Positions 24,212 to 36,937 of a stretch of DNA of 64,000 nucleotides are shown here, one piece after another. The DNA comes from Leucoraja ocellata (Eukaryota). The notes beneath the pieces are model-generated. The model saw only the letters and a list, made by a program, of their open reading frames with translations. It did not search any database and was not told where the DNA came from. The translations under genes and the position numbers were made by a program. The stretch spans positions 3,038,001-3,102,000 of the forward strand of contig JAWMAR010000051.1 in assembly GCA_036785375.1 (NCBI GenBank), given 5' to 3'. Every line of letters starts with the position of its first letter. Position 1 is the first letter of the stretch.

Positions 24212-24801
24212 GGTACTCTGCTGAAATATTATTTGACAGCAACAAAGGGCAGCAATGGTGATCACTGTTAGAACGGTCTTACAGAAATATCCTGAAGTAA
24301 CCATGACATTTGAATACCTTGCATAATGTCTGTGTGATATGGTCATAGTTACAGTAGCCACCAACCTCATTGCTGGATGATAATAAAACTGACTGATGCT
24401 TTGTTCTTTGTGTCACTTTAAAACAAAACTGAATGCCCTGCAGTTCGATTATGGTCAATGCTCAACTGTCTTCAGCTGGCAGAGCTCCTGAACGTGAATG
24501 AGATGCACAAACCTAAAATGACTAAACTGCAATTAGGATTAGAATCTGCCTGGAATCAATCTTCACTTTAACCCTTTTGGAGTCATGAAACATATCTGCT
24601 CAGTTTCGAACAGTTATGCAACAACTACAAGCACAAAGAGAGTTGACACATACATTTATTAAATGCAAAAGGACTGATATTGTCATGAAAGAATTTATTT
24701 GTCTTGGAGCAGACAAATAGGAGGTAGGGTTAACAATACATCCACATAGTCTTGTAGTCCCAGGCAGCTTGCTAAATTCAGGCTGCCACCTCATTAAATG
24801 A

Positions 24802-24974
24802 AGATAGACACAAAATGCAGGAGGATTTCAGTGGGTTAGGCAGCAGATTGAAGAAAGGTCTTGACCCAAAACATCTATTCCTTTTCTTCAAAGATGGTGC
24901 CTGACCCGCTGAGTTACTCCAGCATTTTGTGTCTATATTCAGTGTAAAGCAGCATATGCAATTCCTTACTACAT
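24802..24974 (+). mobile_element. Older Penelope-derived fold-back insertion with 12-bp TSD
   Basis: ATAGACACAAAATGC...GCATTTTGTGTCTAT arms; TTGAAGAAAGGTCTTGACCCAAAAC core; CTCATTAAATGA at 24790-24801 and 24975-24986. Confidence 0.75.
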
Positions 24975-26799
24975 CTCATTAAATGATTCAGGTGTTTGCT
25001 TTGCATGCATTTGTGCTTTTCCATAGCTGCAGCAAAGGAGGGGAGAGATGTATCTGTGAGGAGTGACAAAACTAGTGAACTCGGAGAAAGGCTTCATATA
25101 TAGAGTTTTTACTCTTCTCACTTCTGACTCTTTGTACAGAATCTGCACGCTGAATGTGAGCTGGGTTTTCACGAGGTACACATCCCTTGCATGCATGTTC
25201 ACACTATAATCCTCATCCTGCTCATTCCCAAAAAATAAATCTGACAATAGTTTTGCAGGATCCTAGTCGGTATGCAGTGTGATGCATACCTTTTGTTCCC
25301 AGCCTACTTCCCTCCCACTCTAATCAAGTCTTCCCTCATGAATGTAGGGCCTGCAAGTCCAAAATGGAAGAGGAATCATTGATGCTGGGAATGAAACATA
25401 TGTATCGACTCCACACTTCATTGAGTGCAAGCACCCGTGGTTTGAATGTGTTTCCACCAGGTCAGCTGCTTCTTCAAACAGAAGCTGCTCATCGAGCCAC
25501 ACCACGGTGCACAAACTAATTTGTGTGTGTATACATATAGGTTGATAAATAGCAGACCCGGGACAGAGACGTGGAAATACGACCTAGATACGACCTAGCC
25601 GTGCTGCAGCCCTACTTCTTCTATTGAAGATTGTGCCCATTATTAGAGCATAAATTTATCATACATAAGCTAGGCAAGTGAACTTTGCACAATAAGAAAA
25701 GACTGTCACCATTCATAGCTGTTACCGTTTCTTTTGCTGTTGGACTCAAATGCCTCTCACTTGACCAGACAATCACCACTAATTGATGGTAGGAAAGAGA
25801 AAGAAAGGATATTCCCAACTGCCTGAGCCTATTCAACAACCTGGAGTACTGGCATAATCAGGTCCAAGAAGCAGGTTAGGAAATAATTCCCAAAAACACA
25901 CAGGGTCTACTGTGTGAAAATTTTACCTGCTCACAGAAGACATCAGAAGCACCCTGCAAAAAGCACCTTAAAGGCACCTAATCGAAGAACAAAGAGAAAC
26001 AGTTAGATGGTTAGTTCTTGTATATAGTCCTAACCATTCTTCAATTTATTAAGTAAATCTAAATTATACAGCAGAGCTGTATAAATAAGGGACATTCATT
26101 TGATATAATTTTTCTAAGTGTTTAAACTCAATTAGATAAGAATATAAGAAAATAGGGAGCGGGGCTAGGCCACTGGGTCCCTTGTGGTTTATCTGCACCC
26201 GGCCTCACCTTCTCTGCCAATCCCTATAGCACTCAACTTATTGATCTTTCAACAATTTCCTATCTACCCTCAACTATTCTAGCAACTACAATCCTCTGGA
26301 GCAGAGAAATGCAATAGATTCACCATCCTCTGTAAGAAGTTGTTCTTTGCAATTGTTTTAAATTAAATGCATTGAAAACAAAACGTAAAATGTGAATAAA
26401 ATCTTTGTAATATTGCGGAAATAATAATCCAGCTACATTTTGGATTTTCCCAGCGACAGCAACAATTAACTGCTTGGAGGAAGTGTGCATAGTCACCATT
26501 GTCAGATTATTGGTTTATTCACGCTTGACAGTCAATCAATTGAAGAAATGCACAAAAATGCAAATTAATCTGCTATTTCCTAAGGGGGGGGTTGTTGTGG
26601 AGAAAAGAGCAAGAGGGAATGCAAGGACAAGAGAACGTGAGAGCAGAAGAGTGCGACTGTACGTGCCTGGGCCCTTGCACAGCAGTGACTGACTCGCATT
26701 GTAGTTGTGGCAGTCAATCAGTGTCTTGGTAATAATAGCCTACTCATGTTTCATAAGCATTCACTGAGATATTTGATCTTTCCCCCACATCCGCCAACC

Positions 26800-27821
26800 C
26801 ACCCTACCATTCTGGCTCTGACATCCACCATCATGAAGTGCCTCGAGAGGTTGATCGTGGTGTACATCAACTCCAGCCTCCACTGTAATTCACCAACTAC
26901 TGCAACAGGCCAACGGCAGATGCCATTTCTCTGGCGTTATACCAATTCCTGAAGCATGTGGATAACAAGCAACACCCAGTTCAGACTCCTATTTATGAAC
27001 CATAGCTCCGCCTCAAAAACCATAATTTTGACCTAGGACTCAGCAGCCCCAACGGCACCACAACTGGATCCTTAACTTCCTGATCCATAGGCTACAATCA
27101 GCAAAGATCGATGACAAAGCATCCTCCACAATTATTCTCTAACACTGGTGCCATTGTGTTCTCAGTCACTTACAATACTCTCTAAACCAGTGGTTCCCAA
27201 CGTGGGGCGTACGCCCCACAGGGGGGCAATTTGATTTTTAAGGGGGGCAATTGAGCGCGACTGAGGAGGTCTGGGTCCAAATTTTCGATTTTTCGAATGA
27301 GACAATCCACAAATATTTCAATATTCTAATATAGAAAATTTTGCTCTCTTTATTACCTGTGAATACTCTTTTATGATCATATTTATCATTATTATAATTT
27401 TAATACCACCTAATGTTTTTTTCTTTTTTTTAACAATTTTTTAGTAATTTCTTGCTCAGAACATTAACTCTCTTTTGTTTATTTCATTTTTCTTTTTCAT
27501 GGATGCCATGTTCTTTTGAAGCTTGTTTAAACCAAGGTATTGGCGTTTTAAGCTTATTCAGCTGAAACGGAGTTCACTTTTTAAATGATAAGAATTATAT
27601 ATCACCACATGGGGGGGGGGGGGGGGGGCATCAGGATTTTAGAGGTGATTAGGTGGGGCATGGCCAAAAAAAGGTTGGGAACCACTGCTCTAAACATTAA
27701 TCGCTATTCAGACAAATTCTGCTCTAACTCCATTTACAAATTCTCCGATGATACCACGATCTTGGGCAGGATCTCAAACAACAACGAGGCTGAGTACAGG
27801 AAGGATGTCGAAAGCGCATGA
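26800..27821 (+). mobile_element. Rex1/Babar reverse-transcriptase remnant
   Basis: ALTSTIMKCLERL, WILNFL and IYKFSDDTTILGRISNNNEAEYR (catalytic F-x-DD motif); split by a hAT MITE. Confidence 0.85.
27188..27687. mobile_element. hAT (Charlie-like) MITE
   Basis: TIR CAGTGGTTCCCAAC / GTTGGGAACCACTG; perfect 8-bp TSD CTCTAAAC (27180-27187, 27688-27695). Confidence 0.93.
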
Positions 27822-28474
27822 AAATGGAGGGGGGCAGAGGATCAACTGCGATCTTGATAAATTTCTACGCAGTCTCAAAATGGGCTGGGTGACTTCACCT
27901 GCTGTTATTGCATATGTTTTTAGATAGGTTTAAAACCGGTTAAGTTTGTTTTTAAGATATAGAAACAAGAAGCTTCAGCTTTGAAAGGTTTTTAAGGACA
28001 AAGAAGATTTTTAGAATGATACATTCACCCAGGAATGATGCCATTAGCAAAATCAAAAGATGCTTAAACCCCAGTACATTCTTTCCACCACTACAAAGTA
28101 ATCATGCATGCACAACATGACAAATCTACCAGACACCCAATATAAGAGAAATAAACTGGCCATAAATGGGAAAGGTTACCACAAATGTGAAGGGATCATG
28201 AAACTGAGGCAGTAAAAGGGCATCACAAGGAGTTGTTAAGATATTGTCACGGCATTCTGTTAGCACTAAGAGTTGTAAGAAGTTCTGCAAAGTGAGCTGG
28301 AATGCAAAGAAAGCAGAGGTTATAAACAGGGAGAACTGATAATGCGATATCCATGCATGGATGAGTTTCACGGCATTGAATGTCAAATATTCTGTAGCTC
28401 CATAATTAAAAGACAGAAACAGATCGATGTGTGATAGCACCAAGCAACAAAACTTAAAAAGTGCACGTATATAA

Positions 28475-28590
28475 GGTCATAAGTTAAGGAGCAGAATTAG
28501 GCCATTCAGCCCATTGTCTACTCCGCCATTCAATCATTGTTGATCTATCTCTCCCTCTTAACCCAATTCTCCCATAACCCCTGACACCTA
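28475..28590 (-). mobile_element. CR1 3' tail fragment
   Basis: GGAGCAGAATTAGGCCATTCAGCCCAT...CCATTCAATCAT...CCCATAACCCCTGAC. Confidence 0.75.
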
Positions 28591-29104
28591 TATATTTCAG
28601 CATCAGACTGTCTTCCCTGAATGGTGGGGTTCTCTACAAACTTTCACCTGGGTACAGGAAACAGAGCTATCAGAAAATGGGGGCAGCACAGATACAATGC
28701 AGCCAGCAGTTTGGACCAGTCTGTTAATATTGTAATTTCATAGATCATGAGCCTGCTTTGTTTAACATGTGTTTTTGCAACTGTCATGATAATTGAATAA
28801 ACTAATTTAAAATCTAACAGCACCAATTCTAAATACACAGCAGCTACTATTCCAGTGACTCTGCAGTCACATCAGAGTTTGTCACCTGTATAAAGAGGTT
28901 TTCACATCCGCTGCAGCAAGCTAAATAACCAACTGCAAGCACTATTTCATTAGCTACCGTGTACCTAATATTTAAATAAATTAAATACTAATAGGGAGAA
29001 GATAACTACAAATGTTACTTGATTTATATAATGGATAAGATTAATGCATTGCTAACTTTTGCAATAAGCTGGTTCTTAAGCTCTCACTCAAGTTGGGTTG
29101 TACT

Positions 29105-29420
29105 ACGTATGGAGCGTAGGAGGATGAGGGGTGATCTTATGGAGGTGTATATGATCATGAGGGGAATAGATTGGGTAGATGCACAGTGTGGCTTGCCCAA
29201 AGTAGGTGAATCGAGGACTTAGGTTTAAGGTGACGGGGAAAAGATTTAATATGAATATGAGCGGCAACTTTTTCACACAAAGGATGGTGGATGTATGGAA
29301 CAAGCTGCCAGAGGAGGTAGTTGAGGCTGGGACTATTCCAACATTTAATAAACAGTTCAGTACATGGATAGGACAGATTTGGAAGGATATGGACCAAATG
29401 CGGGCAGGTGGGACATGTTG
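29105..29420 (+). mobile_element. CR1/HER1 3' fragment
   Basis: MERRRMRGDLMEVYMIMRGID and GNFFTQRMVDVWNKLPEEVVEAGTI. Confidence 0.88.
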
Positions 29421-29694
29421 GCTGATGTGGCTCTACGTATCATTTTAAAATCCAATATCACCGATCCTACCTTTAGTGAAGGCAAGAAACTGCAGATGGT
29501 GGTTTCTTGAGCAAAAAAAAAAAGCAAACTGCTGGAGGAATGCAGCAGGCCAATGGCAGTTGGGGAGGGAAATGGAGGACAATATTTTTCATCAGCCTTG
29601 TTTAAAAAAAGACTGCTAATGAATTTAGATCGCTTGATGTCTTTTAAGGATTTTGTGATCCTGTTGTCCTTAAATTGTTTATTCCATGTACGTA

Positions 29695-29870
29695 GAAACA
29701 TAGAAAATAGGTGCAGGAGGAGGCCATTCGGCCCTTCGAGCCAGCACCGCCATTCATTGTGATCATGGCTGATCGTCCCCTATCAATAAACTGTGCCTGC
29801 CTTCTCCCCATATCCCTTGACTCCGCTAGCCCCTAGAGCTCTATCTAACTCTCTCTTAAACTCATCCAGT
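29695..29870 (-). mobile_element. Young CR1 3' end
   Basis: GAAACATAGAAAATAGGTGCAGGAGGAGGCCATTCGGCCCTTCGAGCCAGCACCG; nearly identical to 9902-10125. Confidence 0.88.
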
Positions 29871-30472
29871 GTAAGGTCCATCCATGTAAGGTCCACAAGT
29901 GTTACCGACTGGTGACTATGCCAAACACAATTTTAAACGAGACTAGTGTTCTTCCATCAGAGTACATCTAAACCCTGATGAAAATAATGACTATAAAACT
30001 GATTGTCTTTTTCCTCCAACCACTTATTTTATAAACTTAATAATATTCTGTAAATGCATTACACAAAACCACACAATTTTGAAAGGTTTGTGGAGAATAA
30101 TGGATACCTGGAAATGATTACGAGGCAGTTATTTGATTGAAGCCTTGACATGGTGACATAAAGTGCGAGAAAAATGTTTGAGTGGTTTAGAACAGACATC
30201 TGAATTGCTAGATTAGATTACCGGCCAGTAATCACTTTTTAAAATATATACAGTTTTAATTTTAAATGGAGCTTTATTATATTTTCTGTTGGCCATGCTT
30301 GTTCGTGCCAGTACCAACTGTCAATGCACTCACTGTTAATTAATCTAAAGGATTAATTACTGTGATGTGGCCCCTTTGGCAGGAGTTTCTTACGAAGGTG
30401 CAGATCGGAGGTTAGAGCCAAATATGTCCCGATGTTGTGTTCGTATCCCCCTAATCTTTTAAGAATAGTCTG

Positions 30473-31010
30473 NNNNNNNNNNNNNNNNNNNNNNNNNNNN
30501 NNNNNNNNNNNNNNNNNNNNNNNNNNNNNNNNNNNNNNNNNNNNNNNNNNNNNNNNNNNNNNNNNNNNNNNNNNNNNNNNNNNNNNNNNNNNNNNNNNNN
30601 NNNNNNNNNNNNNNNNNNNNNNNNNNNNNNNNNNNNNNNNNNNNNNNNNNNNNNNNNNNNNNNNNNNNNNNNNNNNNNNNNNNNNNNNNNNNNNNNNNNN
30701 NNNNNNNNNNNNNNNNNNNNNNNNNNNNNNNNNNNNNNNNNNNNNNNNNNNNNNNNNNNNNNNNNNNNNNNNNNNNNNNNNNNNNNNNNNNNNNNNNNNN
30801 NNNNNNNNNNNNNNNNNNNNNNNNNNNNNNNNNNNNNNNNNNNNNNNNNNNNNNNNNNNNNNNNNNNNNNNNNNNNNNNNNNNNNNNNNNNNNNNNNNNN
30901 NNNNNNNNNNNNNNNNNNNNNNNNNNNNNNNNNNNNNNNNNNNNNNNNNNNNNNNNNNNNNNNNNNNNNNNNNNNNNNNNNNNNNNNNNNNNNNNNNNNN
31001 NNNNNNNNNN
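30473..31010. other. Assembly gap (538 N)
   Basis: Run of N. Confidence 1.
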
Positions 31011-31524
31011 AATGGAGCCCCAAGGAGTAATCTCAATATCTAGATTTCAACTAAAGCGACATTTATTCATCTCAGACTTTTCACAAATTTCTAACAGAGA
31101 AGCCTTTTATATATCTTGATGTGATTGACCCAAGCCAGAAAAATGCATTAAAAGAAATAAACCATAGAATAGTTCTGCTAAGTTTCAGATGATAAACATT
31201 TCAAAATGCTCAAAAAATGTTAAATTAAAAAACAGAAACATTCTGCACCAGTAAAGCTGGATACATTATTGCAAGTTCGCCCTCCCCTTGCAGGAATATA
31301 ATTGGAGCGCTATCATAATTAAGAGTTGGAAGCATCATCAGTTTTGTGTAACAGTTAATTGGAAGAAAGTTCATGGAGCAAAGAATATCAAGGAGTTTGG
31401 ACTGCATTGTAGTTGGGTACATGAAATGCATATAATTAGTTTGGGAGAGAGAAATCCAGAGAGAAATCCAGCCCTGGAAATGGTACAGCAACATTAACTT
31501 CCCATACAATTTGTTTAATATCCC

Positions 31525-31720
31525 TCAGAGTGTGGTGGGTATAGGGAAGAAGCTGCCAGAGGAGGCAGCTTAGGTGATACCATAACAGCTTTTAAAAGAC
31601 AATTGGGCAGGTACATGGATAGGAATGGTTTTGAGAGAGATGGGACAAACACTGGTAAATGGAACTAACTTAGATGGGGCATGTTGGATGGCATGGACAA
31701 GTTTCCATTCTGTATGACGA
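31525..31720 (+). mobile_element. CR1 3' fragment
   Basis: CAGAGTGTGGTGGGTATA..AAGCTGCCAGAGGAGG..TTTAAAAGACAATTGGGCAGGTACATGGATAGG. Confidence 0.8.
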
Positions 31721-33064
31721 CATTACTAAAAATGTCAATAAAACCTAAAGATCAAACTCTAATTCCAGTTAAATGGCATTCTTTGAATTACTGTACTTTT
31801 CCAGGCGATCTTGTGATCTTATAAAATGTAAAATCTAGAAATATCCTGAACAAAATGTGGATGTTGGAAATCTGTAATAAAAGTTTTTAAAACAACAGAA
31901 AATGCTGTAAACAGCAAACCTGAGATATCTGTTGAGAGTACCACAGGTGGAAGAAATTGAGATAATTATTGGCAATAACATATAATAAGCAATAAGAAGG
32001 GATGGAGTAAATAGAACACAAGCACAACATAACAGAAGAAATGAATGATTGTAAAGGTAACAAGTAAAGAGAAGATTTTAAAACAAAATCAATTGCTTCC
32101 AATCCCAACATTTATTGCACCATGCCCAAAAACACCAAAGGTAGTTGATTCAAACTTATTTCTCATGTTTAATATACCCTTTAGTTTGTTTTTTTCTCCC
32201 TAGCTTTTCTCATTAACGTATCGACCAGGGAGTTCTGTACATAGCAGAACGTGTTGCCCCTTTATCAAATATGTTTTCTTTCTACCCCTTACCCTAAAAG
32301 TCCATATTCACATCAGCTGCAGCATCCCTTTTTACACTATTGGTTACAATCTCAAAACGTTTTAGCAGATTTATGTTCTCTTTCCCAAACCCACATTGAA
32401 TCTTGCCAAACTATTTTTTTTCACCAAGGCATCCTTTTTTCTAAGAACTTCTTTAAAATTAGACTCCAGCATTTACCTGGCTAACATCAGACTAATTGAT
32501 CTGTAGTTCCTCGTTTCTCCCTCCTGGTGTCTTAATTTTTCATTTTCCAATCTTTGGAAACATGTGCAATTTCCAAACATGACATCTTGTTCAGCACAAT
32601 TCGCCATAGCTACCTCCCAAAAAGAACTTTAAGACACTGCTCATCATTTTAGCAGCTTTCAAATTCTTTAATTTCACCAATGCTCATTTTCAGTAGACCC
32701 TTACTCACTAATTCTGCAGATCTCTTTTCTGGGAGGCTTTTTTCTTCCACGAAGACAGACAAAATGTTCAGTTTGTTTAACAGTTAAATGTACTTCCTTC
32801 GGAGTCATCAGTATGAAGAAGTGCCCGGACCCAAAATGTAGTTTGTCCATTTCCCTTGACAGATGCTGCATGACCTGCTGAATTCCAGCAGTTTCTTTTA
32901 TTTTCTCCAGAATAAGATACCAGCATCTGAAGTATCATGCACATCTAAACTGCTTTAAACCTTTATATAAAATGCTTTCATATTTGTTCTTGAATCGCCT
33001 CTTATCCACCATACTGTCACCTAAACATTTCTCATTACACAATACTAGCTCTTTGATTGATACA

Positions 33065-33553
33065 CATACATCGATAGATGCTCCTGAACACATCATCAGT
33101 GATGTAACCTAGTGCCATTGGGTGTTTCGGGTCTTTCAACATCAGACACCTGCACCCAGACGACCCAGCCGTGGTTGATCAGACCACGACTTGTGTTCAG
33201 GTGGCATTCGCTCCTCCCCATGGACCTCCTTTCCTGATCCAGAACCATCTTGATGCCTTCTCCACTGCCTCTGTGGTGTTCTTGATGGCCCTTCTCCTTG
33301 CCACTCCGTTGATGCCCAGTGCATTCAAGGCTTTGTAGAGCGATTGCCCTGCAAAACCTCTGCACCCAACCTTGATGGGCATACACCTTGCCTTCCAGCC
33401 CTGCTTACGGCAGTCTATGACCAGCTCTTCATACTTGGCCATCTTCCTCTCGTGGGCCTCCTCCAGACAGTCCTCCCACGGCACTGTCAGTTCCAACAAG
33501 ACAATGTTTTTGGTCGCCTCTGAGACCAGGAGGATATCTGGCCTCAGGGTGGT
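33065..33553 (-). mobile_element. HERO-type (R2 superfamily, RLE endonuclease) non-LTR retrotransposon 3' end
   Basis: Open frame TTLRPDILLVSEATKNIVLLELTVPWEDCLEEAHERKMAKYEEL...PIKVGCRGF...AVEKASRWFWIRK, a PD-(D/E)xK restriction-like endonuclease; stop at 33197, short 3'UTR. Confidence 0.85.
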
Positions 33554-34828
33554 ACCCTTGCTGGTTCCACAACATACTGATCTAGAATGCTATCTCTTAC
33601 ACATAAACAAATTTGTCACTGACAGTATTTGAACTATTCATTTTATACTCGGGTTAAAATCTCCTTGATCATGCTGTTGCACATAGCTCTAAATTCCTGA
33701 TTTATCCTATACCCTACACTTCCCAATTTATACACAGGCCGTCATTTATGTCTTTTGAATCATTTTTCTCTGCCTTGCCTTTGATTAGAAGTATTTTTCT
33801 CTGCTAATATAATCTGGCAATTTGCCATCCTATAAAATCTTTTCCTTTCCGACTTTCCAAACACCCCCTCACCCGAGTTATTCATCACCTGAGTTATTCT
33901 AATCACACACTGTTCATGGTCCAATCCAGGCAACGCCTATTATCACCAAAATGCAAATCATCTAATCTACAACAATTCTCACTTCCTTCTCATTCCTTGC
34001 CCATGATACTGAGCAACACACCAAACTTCAACCATGAATGCAGCATTTCCCCATGATCACCAACAAGGTGGTCCTGCAGTGGTCCTTAGACTATTACATT
34101 GCGTCTTGCACTATAGAGAACCAAGAGATAAGCAATGGACTGGAATTCTTCATATCAGTACAGACAACAGATAGAAATGCGTTTTAAGAAATTTTACCAG
34201 GCGCAATAAACTAAAAGAATAAATTTAAATTTATTCATGGGCGAAAGGTTGGTGAGTAAATGTTGGATGGAGAGACAGCAAGAGCCAGTGAGAAAAACAT
34301 GTGAAAATTTTATTGAATGCAGGAATGAGATCAAAATGGTTCAATTTCCAGACTGGTAAGGTTGGCTGATATTGGTATCATAATATGTTATGAAAAGAGG
34401 CATGCAATTTCTATAGCAACCAGATTATTCAGGTTTGCAGGTGTAATGATACTCCTTGCTTCTATTCATACTTGGAACTCAAAGTGTGATTACTTTCTTA
34501 AAAGGATTACCAAATTATCTGGAATGCTGCAGAAAAAAAAATACAGTACAGCTGATTTGTTTCAGAGTTCCCTCAGGTACAGTGGCTAACATTATAGCTG
34601 CTTCTGATATTTTATACAAAAAAATATTTAGTTTTGCCTGAGAAGTTTTGTTCATCACAATTTTACATTTGTGTTTTGCACTTAACGGATTTTGATTAAT
34701 GAAAAAACTTGTTACCAATCATTAGAGCATTTTAACAACCTGCAGACCATGATCTATAGCTTAACACTTTGAATATCTTCAGCTAACAATCAAAAACATC
34801 CACATTTGCACAAGCAGCAAATGCAGTA

Positions 34829-35847
34829 CAAGTGCACAACCTTTTATCCAAAAGCCTTGGGACCAGACACTTGTCGGATTTCGGACATTTTCGGATTTCC
34901 GAATGGAAGATTTTTAGCGTAGATTAGGTAGGTAGCGCGGGCGGCTTGAAAAGTCTGGAGCAACTGCCTCCTCCCCGGAGACCGGGGAATCATGGTAAAT
35001 CATTGCATAAATGTTAGTCAGTTAGTTTGGAGGGATTTTATGTGGTGGTGGTGGGGTGGGAGAAACTTTAGGGGGAAACTTTAATTCTTAGTGCCCTACC
35101 TGGTCGGCGACTCCCAACATCGCGGAGCTGGGGGCTCCGTCCGGCCGCGGGCGGCGCCGGTTGTAGCTCCGACCCCGGCAACTCTACCCCTGGCTGCGAG
35201 GCGCTCCAAATCCAGCGCCGCCCGCGGCCCCAGCTCCGCGAATGTTGGGAGAAGGCGGCCTCCGCGCCCTGGAGCTTACCGCACAGCGACCCGGTAAGGC
35301 ATTGCCCGCTCCCCGCTGGTATCCCAGCGCTGCGACGCCGCTGACTCCCAACATTTGCGGAGCTGGGGTGGGGGGGCGTCCGGCCGCGGGCGGCGGTGGA
35401 TTTGGAGCGCCTCGCAGCCAGGGGTAGAGTTGCCGGGGTCGGAGCTACAACCGGCGCCGCCCGCAGCCCCAGCTGTATGTTGAGCGGCCACAGCGCTGCG
35501 GAGCTTACTGCACGGCGACCCGGTAAGGCATTGATCGCTCCCCGTCTCTCCGACCAGGTAGGGGACTAAGAATTAAAGTTTACCCCTTCAACCCCCCCTT
35601 CACATAAAATCCCTCCAAACTAACTGACTAATATTTAAGCAATGATTTACAGATGTTTAAGTGTCTCCCCGGTCTCCGGGGAGGAGGCAGCCGCTACAGT
35701 AGTACAGACCCGGGTTGACCGTGGGTCGTTTCGGGTCAAGTTTGGCGCTAAACGCGAGCTTTGGTGTGCCGATGACATCCTGGGAAAAATGGCCGGTTTT
35801 CGGAGGTTTTCGGTTTCCGGAACACCGGATAAAAGGTTGTGCACCTG
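34829..35847. mobile_element. Tc1/mariner-superfamily (Tigger/pogo-like) non-autonomous element with nested palindromes
   Basis: TIR CAAGTGCACAACCTTTTATCC / GGATAAAAGGTTGTGCACCTG (1 mismatch); TA on both flanks; CpG-rich interior. Confidence 0.85.
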
Positions 35848-36937
35848 TACATGATAATATACAGGTACTAGAAATTGATTATGTTTAATGATACAATTAG
35901 ATTCTTAACTCATCGATCTGACAGGCTAACTCCATTTTTTTCTCCACAGTTGCAGCCTGATGCCAAGTACTCCCCAACTTTCCTGATTTTATTTCTTGTA
36001 AATGTGCAACACTTTGTTCCAAATCATACTCTCAGCTGTAAATGGTCAGTTTAAATACAGAAATAAAAATCTTGGTCAAAAGAAACTGCAAATTCTTTCA
36101 AATTTGACAGCTCATGTGCACTGCCAACTCTGATCGGTAATTTAGAATTTTAAACACGATAGTTTCTCGTTTGCCTATCCTTTGCTGATTCATAGTTCCT
36201 TTGTTGATCCGTATGAATAATGTAATCCTAACAAATACATATTCGAATGCAATTACGTAACAATAACGAATACGTATGTTGATACGTGATAAGTATGAAC
36301 TTTCAGAAAATTAGCTGCAAATCTGTATAGATACAATGGTAATATCTCCCATGTGACACCAGGTCTCAATTAAAGAATGGAAACTGGCTTAGGGTATGAA
36401 TGAGGTTCATTTAACATATTTTTTCTATTCTGCCAGAGACTGAAGGCAAATGAAATTCCAAGAGGCTTCTTCGGGGCAATTTATGGGCAAAGTTAATTAA
36501 TTAATTACCTTCTTTAAATTTAGCCAAGGCTAGAAAGCAAAAGCTGTATATTTCAGGTCAGCGAGAGCATTGTATAGGCCGAGTTAAAACCACATTGAGG
36601 AGTGACAGCTTAACATGTGCTTGGAACGGTGGTTTTGTGCATCTTATCAGGAGTATATTCAAATAATGGAGCTGCATTCAGAAAAACAAAAAATGCAAAC
36701 AAGTTAGCACAATATCATGTTTTGTAGAACTGAGTTGCCTCGCTTCCATTTAACGCAAACATTGAACATAGGACAGGATCCTTTACACATCAATGTTTTC
36801 GTATGTTAACTAGCATGAATCGGATTCTGCAAGGTGAAGAATTGACATGTTGGTTGAATATTTGTTATGTGGATTAACAAAAAGAATACGTATCTGTGTG
36901 TTTTTAGCTTCTTTGGAACCTTTGTGACAAGAATATT

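Noticed and set aside
24969-25514. Possible extra coding exons (92-aa and 64-aa minus ORFs)
   Set aside because: No recognisable protein family or convincing splice context; may be unique non-coding sequence.
30353-31043. Three long ORFs
   Set aside because: Artefacts of translating the N gap.
35091-35854. CpG island or promoter of a gene, with short ORFs
   Set aside because: Entirely enclosed by TIRs and a TA TSD, so it is transposon interior.
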